This document shows, in pieces, positions 26,478-34,662 of a DNA stretch of 49,811 nt. The DNA comes from a virus, in IMG/VR virus record IMGVR_UViG_3300005326_000015; one strand, written 5' to 3'. Every line of letters starts with the position of its first letter. Within the stretch, counting starts at the first letter, position 1. Under the pieces are notes generated by a model. The model saw only the letters and a list, made by a program, of their open reading frames with translations, made no database searches and was not told the DNA's origin. The position numbers and the translations under genes were made by a program.

Positions 26478-27152
26478 CTATTTTCCTCCTTTTTTCGTTG
26501 ATGGGTCCATCTTTGTCATTGCCTCAAGCAATTCAGCGATGGTGTCTGTGTCCAATAATAATTGTTTCATGTCCATGACTGTGCCTTTTAAGACGACAAA
26601 CCGCAGGATGCGGATGACATCATCATAACTCCGAGCCATGTAAACATTGTCTTGAAAAGTCGAACCGTATTCTTTGAAAGCAAAGCGATAACCATAATTG
26701 TCAAATTCTTGAAGGATAGGTGATTCATTGATGTTAGGCATGAAGGCATGAATGGCCTCCGAGCGTGCCTGTTTATAGAACCCCTTGACTTTTTCTTCAG
26801 GGACTTGCGGATGCTTCTCTAAATAATAACTTTCCTGAACATAAATGTCAGCAATCAGCGCGTCATAGATGCTATCTGAGGCCTTCTTTATGTCGAAGGA
26901 TTCAACCTCACTTTGGCCCTCAACCAGCGTGCGTGACCAGTCCAAGAAACGGATGAGCAGCAACAGCATATGATGGGTCAACTTGATGGTATGAAAATAC
27001 TGGGTGTGTTTCATGCGGAAGGTCTTTCCGAAGAAACGATGCTCCGTAAAGAATAGTGTGCGAACCCCTACATAGAATTCGTTGGAGATGAGGGCGAGAG
27101 AATATTCGTTCTCACCCACTGTGCGAAATTTTTTGAATAGACGGAATTTCAT
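26478..27152 (-). CDS. Hypothetical protein
   Basis: 224 aa with RBS AGGAGGA; no recognisable motif (no Walker A). Confidence 0.6.
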   Translation of the reverse strand: MKFRLFKKFRTVGENEYSLALISNEFYVGVRTLFFTEHRFFGKTFRMKHTQYFHTIKLTHHMLLLLIRFLDWSRTLVEGQSEVESFDIKKASDSIYDALIADIYVQESYYLEKHPQVPEEKVKGFYKQARSEAIHAFMPNINESPILQEFDNYGYRFAFKEYGSTFQDNVYMARSYDDVIRILRFVVLKGTVMDMKQLLLDTDTIAELLEAMTKMDPSTKKGGK

Positions 27153-27161
27153 AGTGTCCTC

Positions 27162-28040
27162 CTATATCCGATTTTTCAGGCCTGCATGGAATTTGTCAAT
27201 GTCAGGCAATTTTCTTAACTTGTCGCGAAGTACATCGTCGCTGTCCTTGTCAGGCTGGACGGCAAACTTGTAAGTGCGCAGGAAGGCGGGATTGAAGATA
27301 CGCAAAGCGCCCGATAATTTGTCAGGGTCTGCACAGTTCCGAATCAACTGGATGACAGCCTCAACCGTATCGGTTGGCTCAGCCTCCACATGCTCCACTT
27401 CCATTTCTTGAACTTCAGAGTTCAAAGATTCAGGGAGAGGGTCAGAAGCAGCAGCAACATCGACAACTTTATTTGCAGCCTCATTGACCACTTTGATAGC
27501 ATCTACTGTGCGTTGGGTCGCGGTCTTCTTTGCTGTGTTAGGTGCTGGCGGTGTCTCAGGTTTCACATCTTCTTCAAACTGAAGGTCTTTGCCTTCATAC
27601 AATTTCAGGCCAAGGCCAGTCGCGCGAGCCACTAAGCGGGCCTTAGCGCGTTGAAGGGCCTTATTGACCATGTTTTGGTCGAAGTACTTCGGAGCCTCAT
27701 ACTTTTCATTTTGAATCGGGTAAGTCTCCACAAAAGTGCGGCCCATAAAGGTGATTTTCAATTTCACGAAGTTCGCAATGTGTTGAGATATAATCGTATC
27801 TCCTTTGTTAACCGTCGTGATGGTCTCAGCCTGTACATGGACAAAACCGCCCTTTTCATTTTCTACAATTTCAATAACACATTCAGGGTCCTGCATTATG
27901 GCCAATCGTTCCATTGTGGCCCAAGGCAAGTAAGGGTCGTTCTTAAAGTTTTTCTTGATAAACTCTTCGATTGACTTTGATTCAACGGACTTTCCGTTGT
28001 AATTGTCAGTGTAAACCGACAACCAAGTTTTGTTTTCCAT
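27162..28040 (-). CDS. Rad52-like (Sak/Erf-type) single-strand annealing protein
   Basis: The start at 28040 (MENKTWLSVY) follows AAGGAGGAAAA. NKALQRAKARLVARATGLGLKLYEG is the hallmark C-terminal helix/GLGL-LY motif of Rad52-type phage annealases. Acidic tail. Confidence 0.6.
   Translation of the reverse strand: MENKTWLSVYTDNYNGKSVESKSIEEFIKKNFKNDPYLPWATMERLAIMQDPECVIEIVENEKGGFVHVQAETITTVNKGDTIISQHIANFVKLKITFMGRTFVETYPIQNEKYEAPKYFDQNMVNKALQRAKARLVARATGLGLKLYEGKDLQFEEDVKPETPPAPNTAKKTATQRTVDAIKVVNEAANKVVDVAAASDPLPESLNSEVQEMEVEHVEAEPTDTVEAVIQLIRNCADPDKLSGALRIFNPAFLRTYKFAVQPDKDSDDVLRDKLRKLPDIDKFHAGLKNRI
27408..27425. repeat. TTGAAC-N6-GTTCAA palindrome (in annealase gene, in-frame LNSEVQ on minus strand)
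   Basis: ttgaacttcagagttcaa; shares AGAGTTCAAAGATT with the copy at 49103. Confidence 0.9.
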
Positions 28041-28236
28041 CGTTTTCCTCCTTTTTAAGTTCGATGATTTGGGAGAATGTCCCCTCAACTATTTTAACAC
28101 GCATCCCTAAAACTTGCAACTCCTCAATTAGTAGAGGTATTGATTTCGTTTGGTCAGGCGCGACAATGGTATTACCATAATACTTGAGGGATACAATCTG
28201 CCAAGGATGCACTACATTACACTGTTTCTTTTTCAT
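28006..28236 (-). CDS. Hypothetical protein
   Basis: The start at 28236 (MKKKQCNVV) overlaps the upstream gene end. The 35-nt overlap with the annealase start lowers confidence. Confidence 0.45.
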   Translation of the reverse strand: MKKKQCNVVHPWQIVSLKYYGNTIVAPDQTKSIPLLIEELQVLGMRVKIVEGTFSQIIELKKEENDGKQNLVVGLH

Positions 28237-28435
28237 CTGTGACTTCCAGCAAAACCTGACACATGTCAACGATGATTTTTGTCTGCTCACTGGTTAAAAT
28301 CTGAGCCTTGATTTCTTCTCCGTCCTTATAAAAGGCCAAACCAATAATATTTTCCGGATTTTCACTCTCATCCATGACCAGTCTAAAAGACAACTCAATC
28401 AACTTGGGACTACTTGAATTTAATTCTGCATCCAT
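28217..28435 (-). CDS. Hypothetical acidic protein
   Basis: 72 aa; RBS AGGAGGTG lies 7 nt upstream of the ATG. Confidence 0.5.
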   Translation of the reverse strand: MDAELNSSSPKLIELSFRLVMDESENPENIIGLAFYKDGEEIKAQILTSEQTKIIVDMCQVLLEVTDEKETV

Positions 28436-28742
28436 TGATACACACCTCCTCCTTATCCTTCAGTGAAGGATTTTCCATGACATACTGTAAAAGTTGATAC
28501 TTCTTTAATTTTTCTCTTAACAATTCGTTTTCGCGTTCCAGCACTTCACTTTTGTGACTAGCCCAAAACCATTTTTGATAATACTCCATCCTTTTGTCAT
28601 TCTCAGCGGTGTACAGTTTGAAGAACTTATCCGCTCTTTTTTGAAGAGCCTTGTCTGCAAAAAATGCTCCGCCCGCAATTAGAGCCAAAATCATAAGCAT
28701 GATGCAAACAGCCATGAAAAATGCTAACCCATATCTATCCAT
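28410..28742 (-). CDS. Membrane-anchored coiled-coil protein
   Basis: The start at 28742 (MDRYGLAFFMAVCIMLMILALIAGGAFF) follows GGAGGTGGA. One N-terminal TM segment. Confidence 0.55.
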   Translation of the reverse strand: MDRYGLAFFMAVCIMLMILALIAGGAFFADKALQKRADKFFKLYTAENDKRMEYYQKWFWASHKSEVLERENELLREKLKKYQLLQYVMENPSLKDKEEVCINGCRIKFK

Positions 28743-28917
28743 TGTCTTCCACCTCCTTCTTTTTGTCAAAGCGTGCCCGCGACTTCTTGTTTACATACAA
28801 GCGTCGTTTGGTCCTGCCAGTAGCCACATCCACATAAAACTCCCTGTCAAAATCTCTTTGTCGTTGCATTTTCAGCAACTGTTGCTGAATAAACGATGCC
28901 ATGTTACCCATTGTCAT
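28735..28917 (-). CDS. Hypothetical basic protein
   Basis: 60 aa with RBS AGGAGGAAA and an ATGA overlap with the upstream gene. Confidence 0.5.
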   Translation of the reverse strand: MTMGNMASFIQQQLLKMQRQRDFDREFYVDVATGRTKRRLYVNKKSRARFDKKKEVEDNG

Positions 28918-29468
28918 TTTCCTCCTGTCGGTGTAAATGTACCGAACTTTCCTTCCCTGTTCATTCTTGCCAATTCAACTTCGATGTCCTTTTGAACTTC
29001 ATCTTTCAAAAACTGGATGTAGGTCTTATACATATAGTAGCCTTTTTCCAAGTACTCTTTATGATAGTCCATCATAAAATTTGATATCCATGCGCAAGGT
29101 ATCTCCAAATAAATTCCGCTGTTCAAATACAAGTGCGGCCATAAACTGTTATTCACAACCGATGGTCTGCTCTCTAAAAAAGCACCATCATTTTGTACAA
29201 ACCACTGGTCCGCATACTTGTTCTTAATCTGCTGGATGACAACGAATGGGCTAAAACCAGGTCCGCCAATGTAACCCAAGCAGCCATCCTTCAGCCAAAC
29301 TTCTCTCAGGCCAAAGAAGCCATCCTTCAGTACTGACAGTATAAACAACTCCAAGACAAAAACCAAGTCCAAAACATGCGAGCCGTCACGCGCATAGTTA
29401 TTACGCGCAAAACCATCGTCGGTCATCTCAAACACTGGTGTCTCCCCATACAAATTAAAATTTTCCAT
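28914..29468 (-). CDS. Hypothetical protein
   Basis: The start at 29468 (MENFNLYGE) follows GGAAGGAGAAAAAG. Confidence 0.55.
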   Translation of the reverse strand: MENFNLYGETPVFEMTDDGFARNNYARDGSHVLDLVFVLELFILSVLKDGFFGLREVWLKDGCLGYIGGPGFSPFVVIQQIKNKYADQWFVQNDGAFLESRPSVVNNSLWPHLYLNSGIYLEIPCAWISNFMMDYHKEYLEKGYYMYKTYIQFLKDEVQKDIEVELARMNREGKFGTFTPTGGK

Positions 29469-29586
29469 TCTTTTTCTCCTTCCACTCATCCTGAGCCATA
29501 ATCACCAAAGCAATAATCCAAATCCATGCCATCTGTACTAGTATGCCTAATACAAGGCATACCAGCATGATTCCAAAGTTTATCAT
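29455..29586 (-). CDS. Small hydrophobic protein (43 aa; not in ORF track)
   Basis: MINFGIMLVCLVLGILVQMAWIWIIALVIMAQDEWKEKKNGKF. ATGA overlap with the upstream gene; fills an otherwise non-coding gap. Confidence 0.45.
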   Translation of the reverse strand: MINFGIMLVCLVLGILVQMAWIWIIALVIMAQDEWKEKKNGKF

Positions 29587-29822
29587 CGTAAACTTGACTC
29601 CGAGGGATGGAGTTCCCATCCCTTGAACATTTTCTTAAAGACAATGATGTCTTTCAAAGCCAGTGCATAACACTCAAATACATGAAGAAGTTCGGTCCGT
29701 TTTACAAGGATGACATCCGCGTCCTTTTCGTTTGAAAGGCTCTTGATATTTTCTTCAATGATGGCCAAAGTCTCTTCTAACTTTTTTTGAACTTCATCGT
29801 TCAATTCTTCAGTCGTTCCCAT
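29583..29822 (-). CDS. Hypothetical protein
   Basis: 79 aa with RBS AAGGAGGAAC. Confidence 0.55.
   Translation of the reverse strand: MGTTEELNDEVQKKLEETLAIIEENIKSLSNEKDADVILVKRTELLHVFECYALALKDIIVFKKMFKGWELHPSESSLR
29787..29804. repeat. TTGAAC-N6-GTTCAA palindrome (in-frame LNDEVQ on minus strand)
   Basis: ttgaacttcatcgttcaa; a 17/18 near-copy lies at 28992..29009. Confidence 0.9.
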
Positions 29823-30639
29823 TTAGTTCCTCCTTTGAGTTATTGTATTTCCATATCTCAATTCCAAACAAACATTTGCCTTCTGCAATTAGCCGCTGCT
29901 CTTCTTCATCATCCTCAATCATGGATTCCGTTCCGTCAGGCCATAAGGCAAACACAGGCTGTGGCAACTTTTCATTCAAAACCTTCAGCAACTTCGCAGG
30001 CATCACAAACATTCCTGAGTAGTCATAACCGAATTCAATCGAGTCCATAGTAGCCGCAAAGACTTCCAGCCACTGTGAACCGTCAAACGGCTGACCATTA
30101 CGCGTCTGCCAACGATATTCTTCATAAAGATTGAAGGCATCACCGTAACGACGCTCTTTAATGAGGTCTTTGGCCGTCGCAGCCAGCAGGGCCATGTCAT
30201 CGAAGTAAAGATACTTTTGCGTGCGCTCTTCGGATATTCTTGAGATTCTGAACTTTTCCAAGTCTATCTCAGCGGCCTCAGGCTGTATATAATTCGTGAG
30301 CATGATTTTCTCCACTGTAAACTTGTAGTCATAGTACCGTGCCCAAGACTTCGCGTTCATGGTCTTTTGAGACAGTTTCAACTTCAAACTAAAAAGAGTG
30401 TAACGAATTTGGTTGATAATCATGTAAACAAAAATCTGTCGAGTCTGCACATCCTCCGTCGTGTACACCGCAAACTGACCCGCGGATGCGTTTTCATCCA
30501 GCCATTTTTGCACAACCCATGAGGCTGTGTTGATGGCGGAGGTGACTCTAGGATAGTATTCCTCACTGAATATTTTATTCATTTCTTCGTGAACCTGAAA
30601 AGTCATCAGGTGTAGCGGGATAATTGTTTTGTTTTCCAT
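29809..30639 (-). CDS. Hypothetical protein
   Basis: The start at 30639 (MENKTIIPLHL) follows AAGGAGGGC; 276 aa. Confidence 0.6.
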   Translation of the reverse strand: MENKTIIPLHLMTFQVHEEMNKIFSEEYYPRVTSAINTASWVVQKWLDENASAGQFAVYTTEDVQTRQIFVYMIINQIRYTLFSLKLKLSQKTMNAKSWARYYDYKFTVEKIMLTNYIQPEAAEIDLEKFRISRISEERTQKYLYFDDMALLAATAKDLIKERRYGDAFNLYEEYRWQTRNGQPFDGSQWLEVFAATMDSIEFGYDYSGMFVMPAKLLKVLNEKLPQPVFALWPDGTESMIEDDEEEQRLIAEGKCLFGIEIWKYNNSKEELNGND

Positions 30640-30649
30640 AGTGCCCTCC

Positions 30650-31447
30650 TTAATAGGACTCCGCAAGTTCGCGGGTTAAGAAAAAGTGAATACCGCTGGC
30701 ACATTCCTCCCAACGGTTGTCTTCAAAATCATATTTAGGTCTTACAGTCTTGCCAACTTCATAAGCAAAGCGGTCACAGTGCATGGACCATCCTTTATCC
30801 ACACTTACATAATCAGTGTACGGCAAAGCATCCATTGCTGGTTGTAAAATCTCCAGCACAAGCGCCTCCGAGGCCCTGCATTTCAAGGTCGTTGACATAC
30901 TCCGCTGAGCATGCGCAGGTATCAGCAATTTACACAAATAGCCGTCTTCCAATTTCTTCCAAACAATCAGGTCTCCCTCAGGGATGACATTGACAAAACC
31001 GACAGTCTCTTCGTTGATGCCAAAAGGTGTCAAAAATAGACAATCCATAAACCTTGCGTTCGTTCCGACGGCTCCTCCGACATATACATTGTCAAAAGTG
31101 CATCTGTAAAAACGGACTCCGCGAAAATCTGAACCTGTAAACTGAAGGTCTTTGAAAAAGCAATCCACAAAGGTCGCTCCCTTAAAACAGCCCTGCTCAA
31201 AAAACCAGTTTTGCTCAAAATAACACTTCTCAAAATGAGACTCAGGCAAATAATTTGCGTATCCCAAAGGCTCTTCCACGATGCGGGTGTTTTCCAGTTG
31301 GAAACGAAGGCCCTCAGAGTCATTGCGCTTAGGCACAAAGAGGTGATAATGTGCCTCAATCATTGCATCCATTTTTTCCTTCGCGATTTCTGTTAAGACG
31401 GTTTTGGTAAGGTCAGCGCCTTGTGATGTGTTTGATGTGTTAAACAT
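30650..31447 (-). CDS. Pentapeptide-repeat protein with C-terminal globular domain
   Basis: CFKGA TFVDC FFKDL QFTGS DFRGV RFYRC TFDNV has Phe/Leu at every fifth residue over about 9 repeats. The C-terminal domain ends ...CASGIHFFLTRELAESY. Confidence 0.75.
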   Translation of the reverse strand: MFNTSNTSQGADLTKTVLTEIAKEKMDAMIEAHYHLFVPKRNDSEGLRFQLENTRIVEEPLGYANYLPESHFEKCYFEQNWFFEQGCFKGATFVDCFFKDLQFTGSDFRGVRFYRCTFDNVYVGGAVGTNARFMDCLFLTPFGINEETVGFVNVIPEGDLIVWKKLEDGYLCKLLIPAHAQRSMSTTLKCRASEALVLEILQPAMDALPYTDYVSVDKGWSMHCDRFAYEVGKTVRPKYDFEDNRWEECASGIHFFLTRELAESY

Positions 31448-31448
31448 G

Positions 31449-31766
31449 TCAGTCCTCCTTTTGAACTTTTGAGTTCAATAATGGTGATTCATCCAAATAC
31501 TTGAGAATGACGGCTTTGGCCTCATCGCGGTCCTGCGTCATTCGTACTTCCTTCAAAAACTTTTCTCTTTGGTCTGCCTTGATGTAATGGCATAATTGAC
31601 GCGCTGCATCATTGATGGCCTCACAATACCAATAGGCCTCCCATGGTCGATTGACATAATGTGATTTTCCGTGCGCCAGCAGGCCCCATTTCCCTGTGTC
31701 AAAAACTTTAACATGCAAAGTGTTTTTGGCTTTTGTGCGCGTGCTTGTGAATTCAAAGGTAATCAT
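31449..31766 (-). CDS. Hypothetical protein
   Basis: 105 aa. The N-terminus MITFEFTSTRTK resembles the N-terminus of the 34318..34566 product (TAFEFTSTTTT). Confidence 0.55.
   Translation of the reverse strand: MITFEFTSTRTKAKNTLHVKVFDTGKWGLLAHGKSHYVNRPWEAYWYCEAINDAARQLCHYIKADQREKFLKEVRMTQDRDEAKAVILKYLDESPLLNSKVQKED
31461..31478. repeat. TTGAAC-N6-GTTCAA palindrome abutting the SD of the 30650..31447 gene
   Basis: Minus strand reads TTGAACtcaaaaGTTCAAAAGGAGGactgacATG. It also encodes LNSKVQ at the end of the upstream gene. Confidence 0.9.
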
Positions 31767-32092
31767 ACATTCACCAACTTCACATTCTCGTAGCCTTTGA
31801 CAGCATTTACGGCCCTTTGGAGTCGGGCCGTCTGCATGGATTTTATAACATGCTCCAGTCCATTGCTCAAATTGATGAGGTCTTCTTCGGTCATATCAAT
31901 AGCAACGCGGGCATCGGTTTTCGAGATGCGTACATAAGCATAGTCTCCGCCAACCACAGGACTCATATGACTCACAATCAAAACATTGAATAGGTCAACT
32001 CCCACTTTGATTTCTGCTAAACCGTCTTCGTTGGTAACTGTCAAGATATGGTCATACCTTGACATTTCGTTGGTTGATTTTTTGGTTTCCAT
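31763..32092 (-). CDS. Hypothetical protein
   Basis: 109 aa; RBS AAGGAGAAA follows directly after a palindrome copy. Confidence 0.55.
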   Translation of the reverse strand: METKKSTNEMSRYDHILTVTNEDGLAEIKVGVDLFNVLIVSHMSPVVGGDYAYVRISKTDARVAIDMTEEDLINLSNGLEHVIKSMQTARLQRAVNAVKGYENVKLVNV

Positions 32093-32103
32093 AGTTTCTC
32101 CTT

Positions 32104-32121
32104 TTGAACTATTGAGTTCAA
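32104..32121. repeat. TTGAAC-N6-GTTCAA palindrome abutting the SD of the 31763..32092 gene
   Basis: Minus strand reads aatTTGAACtcaataGTTCAAAAGGAGaaactATG. The TGA inside the left arm is the stop codon of the upstream gene. Confidence 0.9.
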
Positions 32122-32888
32122 ATTCTCCTTATCGGTTTCAAAGTCATGTATCTTCGTTGAACAGCGACGGAGGTCACAACACATTCGATGCGGTTGAAAA
32201 CATACGCGTCGGTCAGCGGCTGGTACTCCTTGATTCCTAATACAACTTTATCCTGAGGATTCAGCATCTGTGCAGGGTCATAAAGCACATAAGTTCCTTC
32301 CCGCGTTTCCCTGATGGATTCATAGCCGTTCGGAGCAATGTGATGATGCAGCGCAAACTCCCCAAAAACATTTTCATCCAGTAAATAAGGCAGCAGGGAT
32401 TTCGTGTAATTGTAGCGCTGATTCCTGCTCCATGGCCCATGAAAATAGGCCTCCTGAATTTCATCCTGCTTGTCAGGATGTCTCAGTTCCCTGAAGGTCA
32501 CATAATTCGTACCGTCGTGATGACTCAAGGCGGCCTTGATGTCATAGCGGTCATAGTAAAAACCGCTGTATTCCTCCATAACACGGAAGATGGCGGCCAG
32601 TGATGTGCCCGCAGGCCAAAACTTAATGGCTTTTACGCGGCCATGCCATAAGCCTGCATCCACTAAAGCAACGATGCCATTCGGGATAATGATACCTGAA
32701 AATTCTGCTTTGAGGTCTTCCAACTGGTAGGCCAGCGAATCGTCGATGTACTGAAAAAACGCGGTGTCACTTCGAGACGGCTCAGCATCAGGGTTTCCCT
32801 CCATCTCATTCTCAACATAGGCCGTAAACCAGTCATCCTCATTGATGTCGGAGAATAAATTACTCCATAGTGTTTTTGTGTTTTTCAT
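32118..32888 (-). CDS. Hypothetical protein
   Basis: The start at 32888 (MKNTKTLW) follows GGGGAGA with an ATGA overlap; 256 aa. Confidence 0.6.
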   Translation of the reverse strand: MKNTKTLWSNLFSDINEDDWFTAYVENEMEGNPDAEPSRSDTAFFQYIDDSLAYQLEDLKAEFSGIIIPNGIVALVDAGLWHGRVKAIKFWPAGTSLAAIFRVMEEYSGFYYDRYDIKAALSHHDGTNYVTFRELRHPDKQDEIQEAYFHGPWSRNQRYNYTKSLLPYLLDENVFGEFALHHHIAPNGYESIRETREGTYVLYDPAQMLNPQDKVVLGIKEYQPLTDAYVFNRIECVVTSVAVQRRYMTLKPIRRI

Positions 32889-33097
32889 TTCCATTCTCCC
32901 CATCGTTCGGAGACTTGCTCTTCGGTCAGCGCTCCGTAGGTATAACCCCTGTCGTTGCTGAAAATCACAGGCGCGTTTTCATCCATGTCTTCCAAAATTT
33001 CGATAAGTTCCTTGACGGTCAAGGTCGAGTCGATGTAAATTTGAGACGGCTCATAAGCGGTCCGCTCCGTCGATAGTTGAACAAATTTGCGTTTCAT
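32885..33097 (-). CDS. Hypothetical protein
   Basis: 70 aa with RBS AGGAGGAGC. Confidence 0.55.
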   Translation of the reverse strand: MKRKFVQLSTERTAYEPSQIYIDSTLTVKELIEILEDMDENAPVIFSNDRGYTYGALTEEQVSERWGEWK

Positions 33098-33111
33098 GGT
33101 TGTGCTCCTCC

Positions 33112-33579
33112 TTACAGGATATGGTCCGTCGGGATATGAAAGTTTTCCCCGCGGACGGCTGCTGCTAAATTCGAGATGTAAATGATTTCATCCATGGTCG
33201 GGATGGTCGAGATGATTTTATTGTCATAGTCGGTCAACTGTGCATAGTAGGTGTTAGCCATCAGTGTTCTGAAGGTCTTCGCAGGGTCCACATAGTTTTT
33301 AGCATAGTCGATGTAATAAAACGCGTCGCTGTATGCCTTCCGAATTTGCTTGTAAAGAGTGACTTCATCATCCACTAATTTCAAGGTGGCCAAAACCCCT
33401 TGATAGCCTTGTTCTTCGGCCTTGATTAAAACGACATGCGCAATCAATAACGCGGAGTCTTGCTCCAGCAGCATATTGCGGTCCTTGATAACTTCTGCTA
33501 AACTCTTCAGGTCATCTGTAATCTGAATGATGGGTCTCATACAATAAGTGTATGGTCGTAGTGTTGTTGTTGTGTTCAT
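33112..33579 (-). CDS. Hypothetical protein
   Basis: 155 aa; RBS AAGGAGC follows directly after a palindrome copy. Confidence 0.6.
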   Translation of the reverse strand: MNTTTTLRPYTYCMRPIIQITDDLKSLAEVIKDRNMLLEQDSALLIAHVVLIKAEEQGYQGVLATLKLVDDEVTLYKQIRKAYSDAFYYIDYAKNYVDPAKTFRTLMANTYYAQLTDYDNKIISTIPTMDEIIYISNLAAAVRGENFHIPTDHIL

Positions 33580-33592
33580 TTTTGTGCTCCTT

Positions 33593-33610
33593 TTGAACTC
33601 AATGGTTCAA
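33593..33610. repeat. TTGAAC-N6-GTTCAA palindrome abutting the SD of the 33112..33579 gene
   Basis: Minus strand reads TTGAACcattgaGTTCAAAAGGAGcacaaaaATG. The 18-mer is identical to the copy at 34641. Confidence 0.9.
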
Positions 33611-33640
33611 TTTTGTTATGTCTCCGTTTTGGAGAAAATA

Positions 33641-33663
33641 GAGCGGATTTTTGAGGTCCGCTC
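33641..33663 (-). terminator. Possible intra-operon terminator/attenuator
   Basis: Minus strand reads GAGCGGA-N9-TCCGCTC followed by TATTTTCT, about 11 nt after the SprT-like gene stop. A second small hairpin (TCTCC-N5-GGAGA) follows. Confidence 0.4.
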
Positions 33664-33673
33664 CGTCAGTTAG

Positions 33674-34318
33674 TTATTTTACTTCTTCCTTATCCATTTC
33701 TTCTTCACAGTCTGTGCAAGTCAAGTTAGCATTGACAGCGGCTTTGAATGTGATTCCGCAGGTCGGGCAGGTATATTGATATTGCTCCTTCTTTTTGGCT
33801 TTGGCTTTCATTCCGCTGATTTCTTTTCGAGCGATGGCCATAGGATGGTCCAGTTCCTCAAACATGGCCTGTAATCGTACCAGTAGCGCGTCGGATAATT
33901 TCGTGTGCGCCCATCCATATTTCTTTGATTCTTCCACTTCCAGTCCGACGGCCTCAGCGCCTGCTTTAAAGCGCTTGTTGTGATATGTGCCTTTGCGGCT
34001 GCAATCCTGAATTTTCTCCATGATGTTTTTGAGATGCACCATCTCATGAATCAAAGTTTGCAAGGTGTCGGATAGCGGACGGTCCGTAAACTCCGCGCTC
34101 AAGTTGATTTCATAGGCTCCGCCTTCTTCGTCGCGCCATAACTCCGCTGTGCTGCACCAGCCATAGGCCTGATGCTTGCCGCGTGTTTGTATCGTAACTA
34201 AAACGCGTGCTCCTTCATTTACATTCTTCTGAAAATACGATTCAAAAATTTCGCGGTCAATCTTATAAAAAGCATCATTCAATGTGCGGACAGCCTTCGC
34301 GTAGTTTTCGGATAACAT
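33674..34318 (-). CDS. SprT-like zinc metallopeptidase with C-terminal zinc ribbon
   Basis: HExxH in TLIHEMVHLKN with a downstream GTYHNKRF. C-terminal CPTCG...CTDC ribbon. Confidence 0.7.
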   Translation of the reverse strand: MLSENYAKAVRTLNDAFYKIDREIFESYFQKNVNEGARVLVTIQTRGKHQAYGWCSTAELWRDEEGGAYEINLSAEFTDRPLSDTLQTLIHEMVHLKNIMEKIQDCSRKGTYHNKRFKAGAEAVGLEVEESKKYGWAHTKLSDALLVRLQAMFEELDHPMAIARKEISGMKAKAKKKEQYQYTCPTCGITFKAAVNANLTCTDCEEEMDKEEVK

Positions 34319-34566
34319 TATTTTTCTCCCTTCGTGGCGCGGATAGCAGCGCCTAACAATTTATAAACTTCTTCAGCCTGCTCAATGCTCATGTAAGTGC
34401 TAAAATTCTCATGAACTCCAAAAACTGATTCACCTGTAATCTGAATATACAGGCCTTCAACAAACGGTCCTGAGAACTTAAATGTCTCAGTGCAAAAATC
34501 GGTGGTCGTGGTAGATGTGAATTCAAATGCGGTCTTCGTTTTCTCTTTAATGATAGCCATTATCAT
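34318..34566 (-). CDS. Hypothetical protein
   Basis: 82 aa (start may be the second ATG at 34560) with RBS AAGGAGAAA. TAATG overlap with the downstream gene. Confidence 0.55.
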   Translation of the reverse strand: MIMAIIKEKTKTAFEFTSTTTTDFCTETFKFSGPFVEGLYIQITGESVFGVHENFSTYMSIEQAEEVYKLLGAAIRATKGEK

Positions 34567-34640
34567 TTTCTCCTTCTGCTGTCATCAGCATACTGTTAAG
34601 CATCAGGATGCCTGATGCTCAATGTGTAAAGTGATGACTT

Positions 34641-34658
34641 TTGAACTCAATGGTTCAA
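34641..34658. repeat. TTGAAC-N6-GTTCAA palindrome in the 34567..34662 intergenic gap
   Basis: ttgaactcaatggttcaa. On the minus strand it is followed by an 8-bp stem / 3-nt loop hairpin (GCATCAGG-cat-CCTGATGC, 34600..34618) and then the SD. Confidence 0.9.
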
Positions 34659-34662
34659 TAAT

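Noticed and set aside
28214-28243. Third copy of the TGTAATGT promoter element upstream of the annealase gene
   Set aside because: Only the TGTAATGT part matches. The -35 is poor (GTCACA) and the conserved TGC and leader parts are missing. It also lies inside coding sequence.
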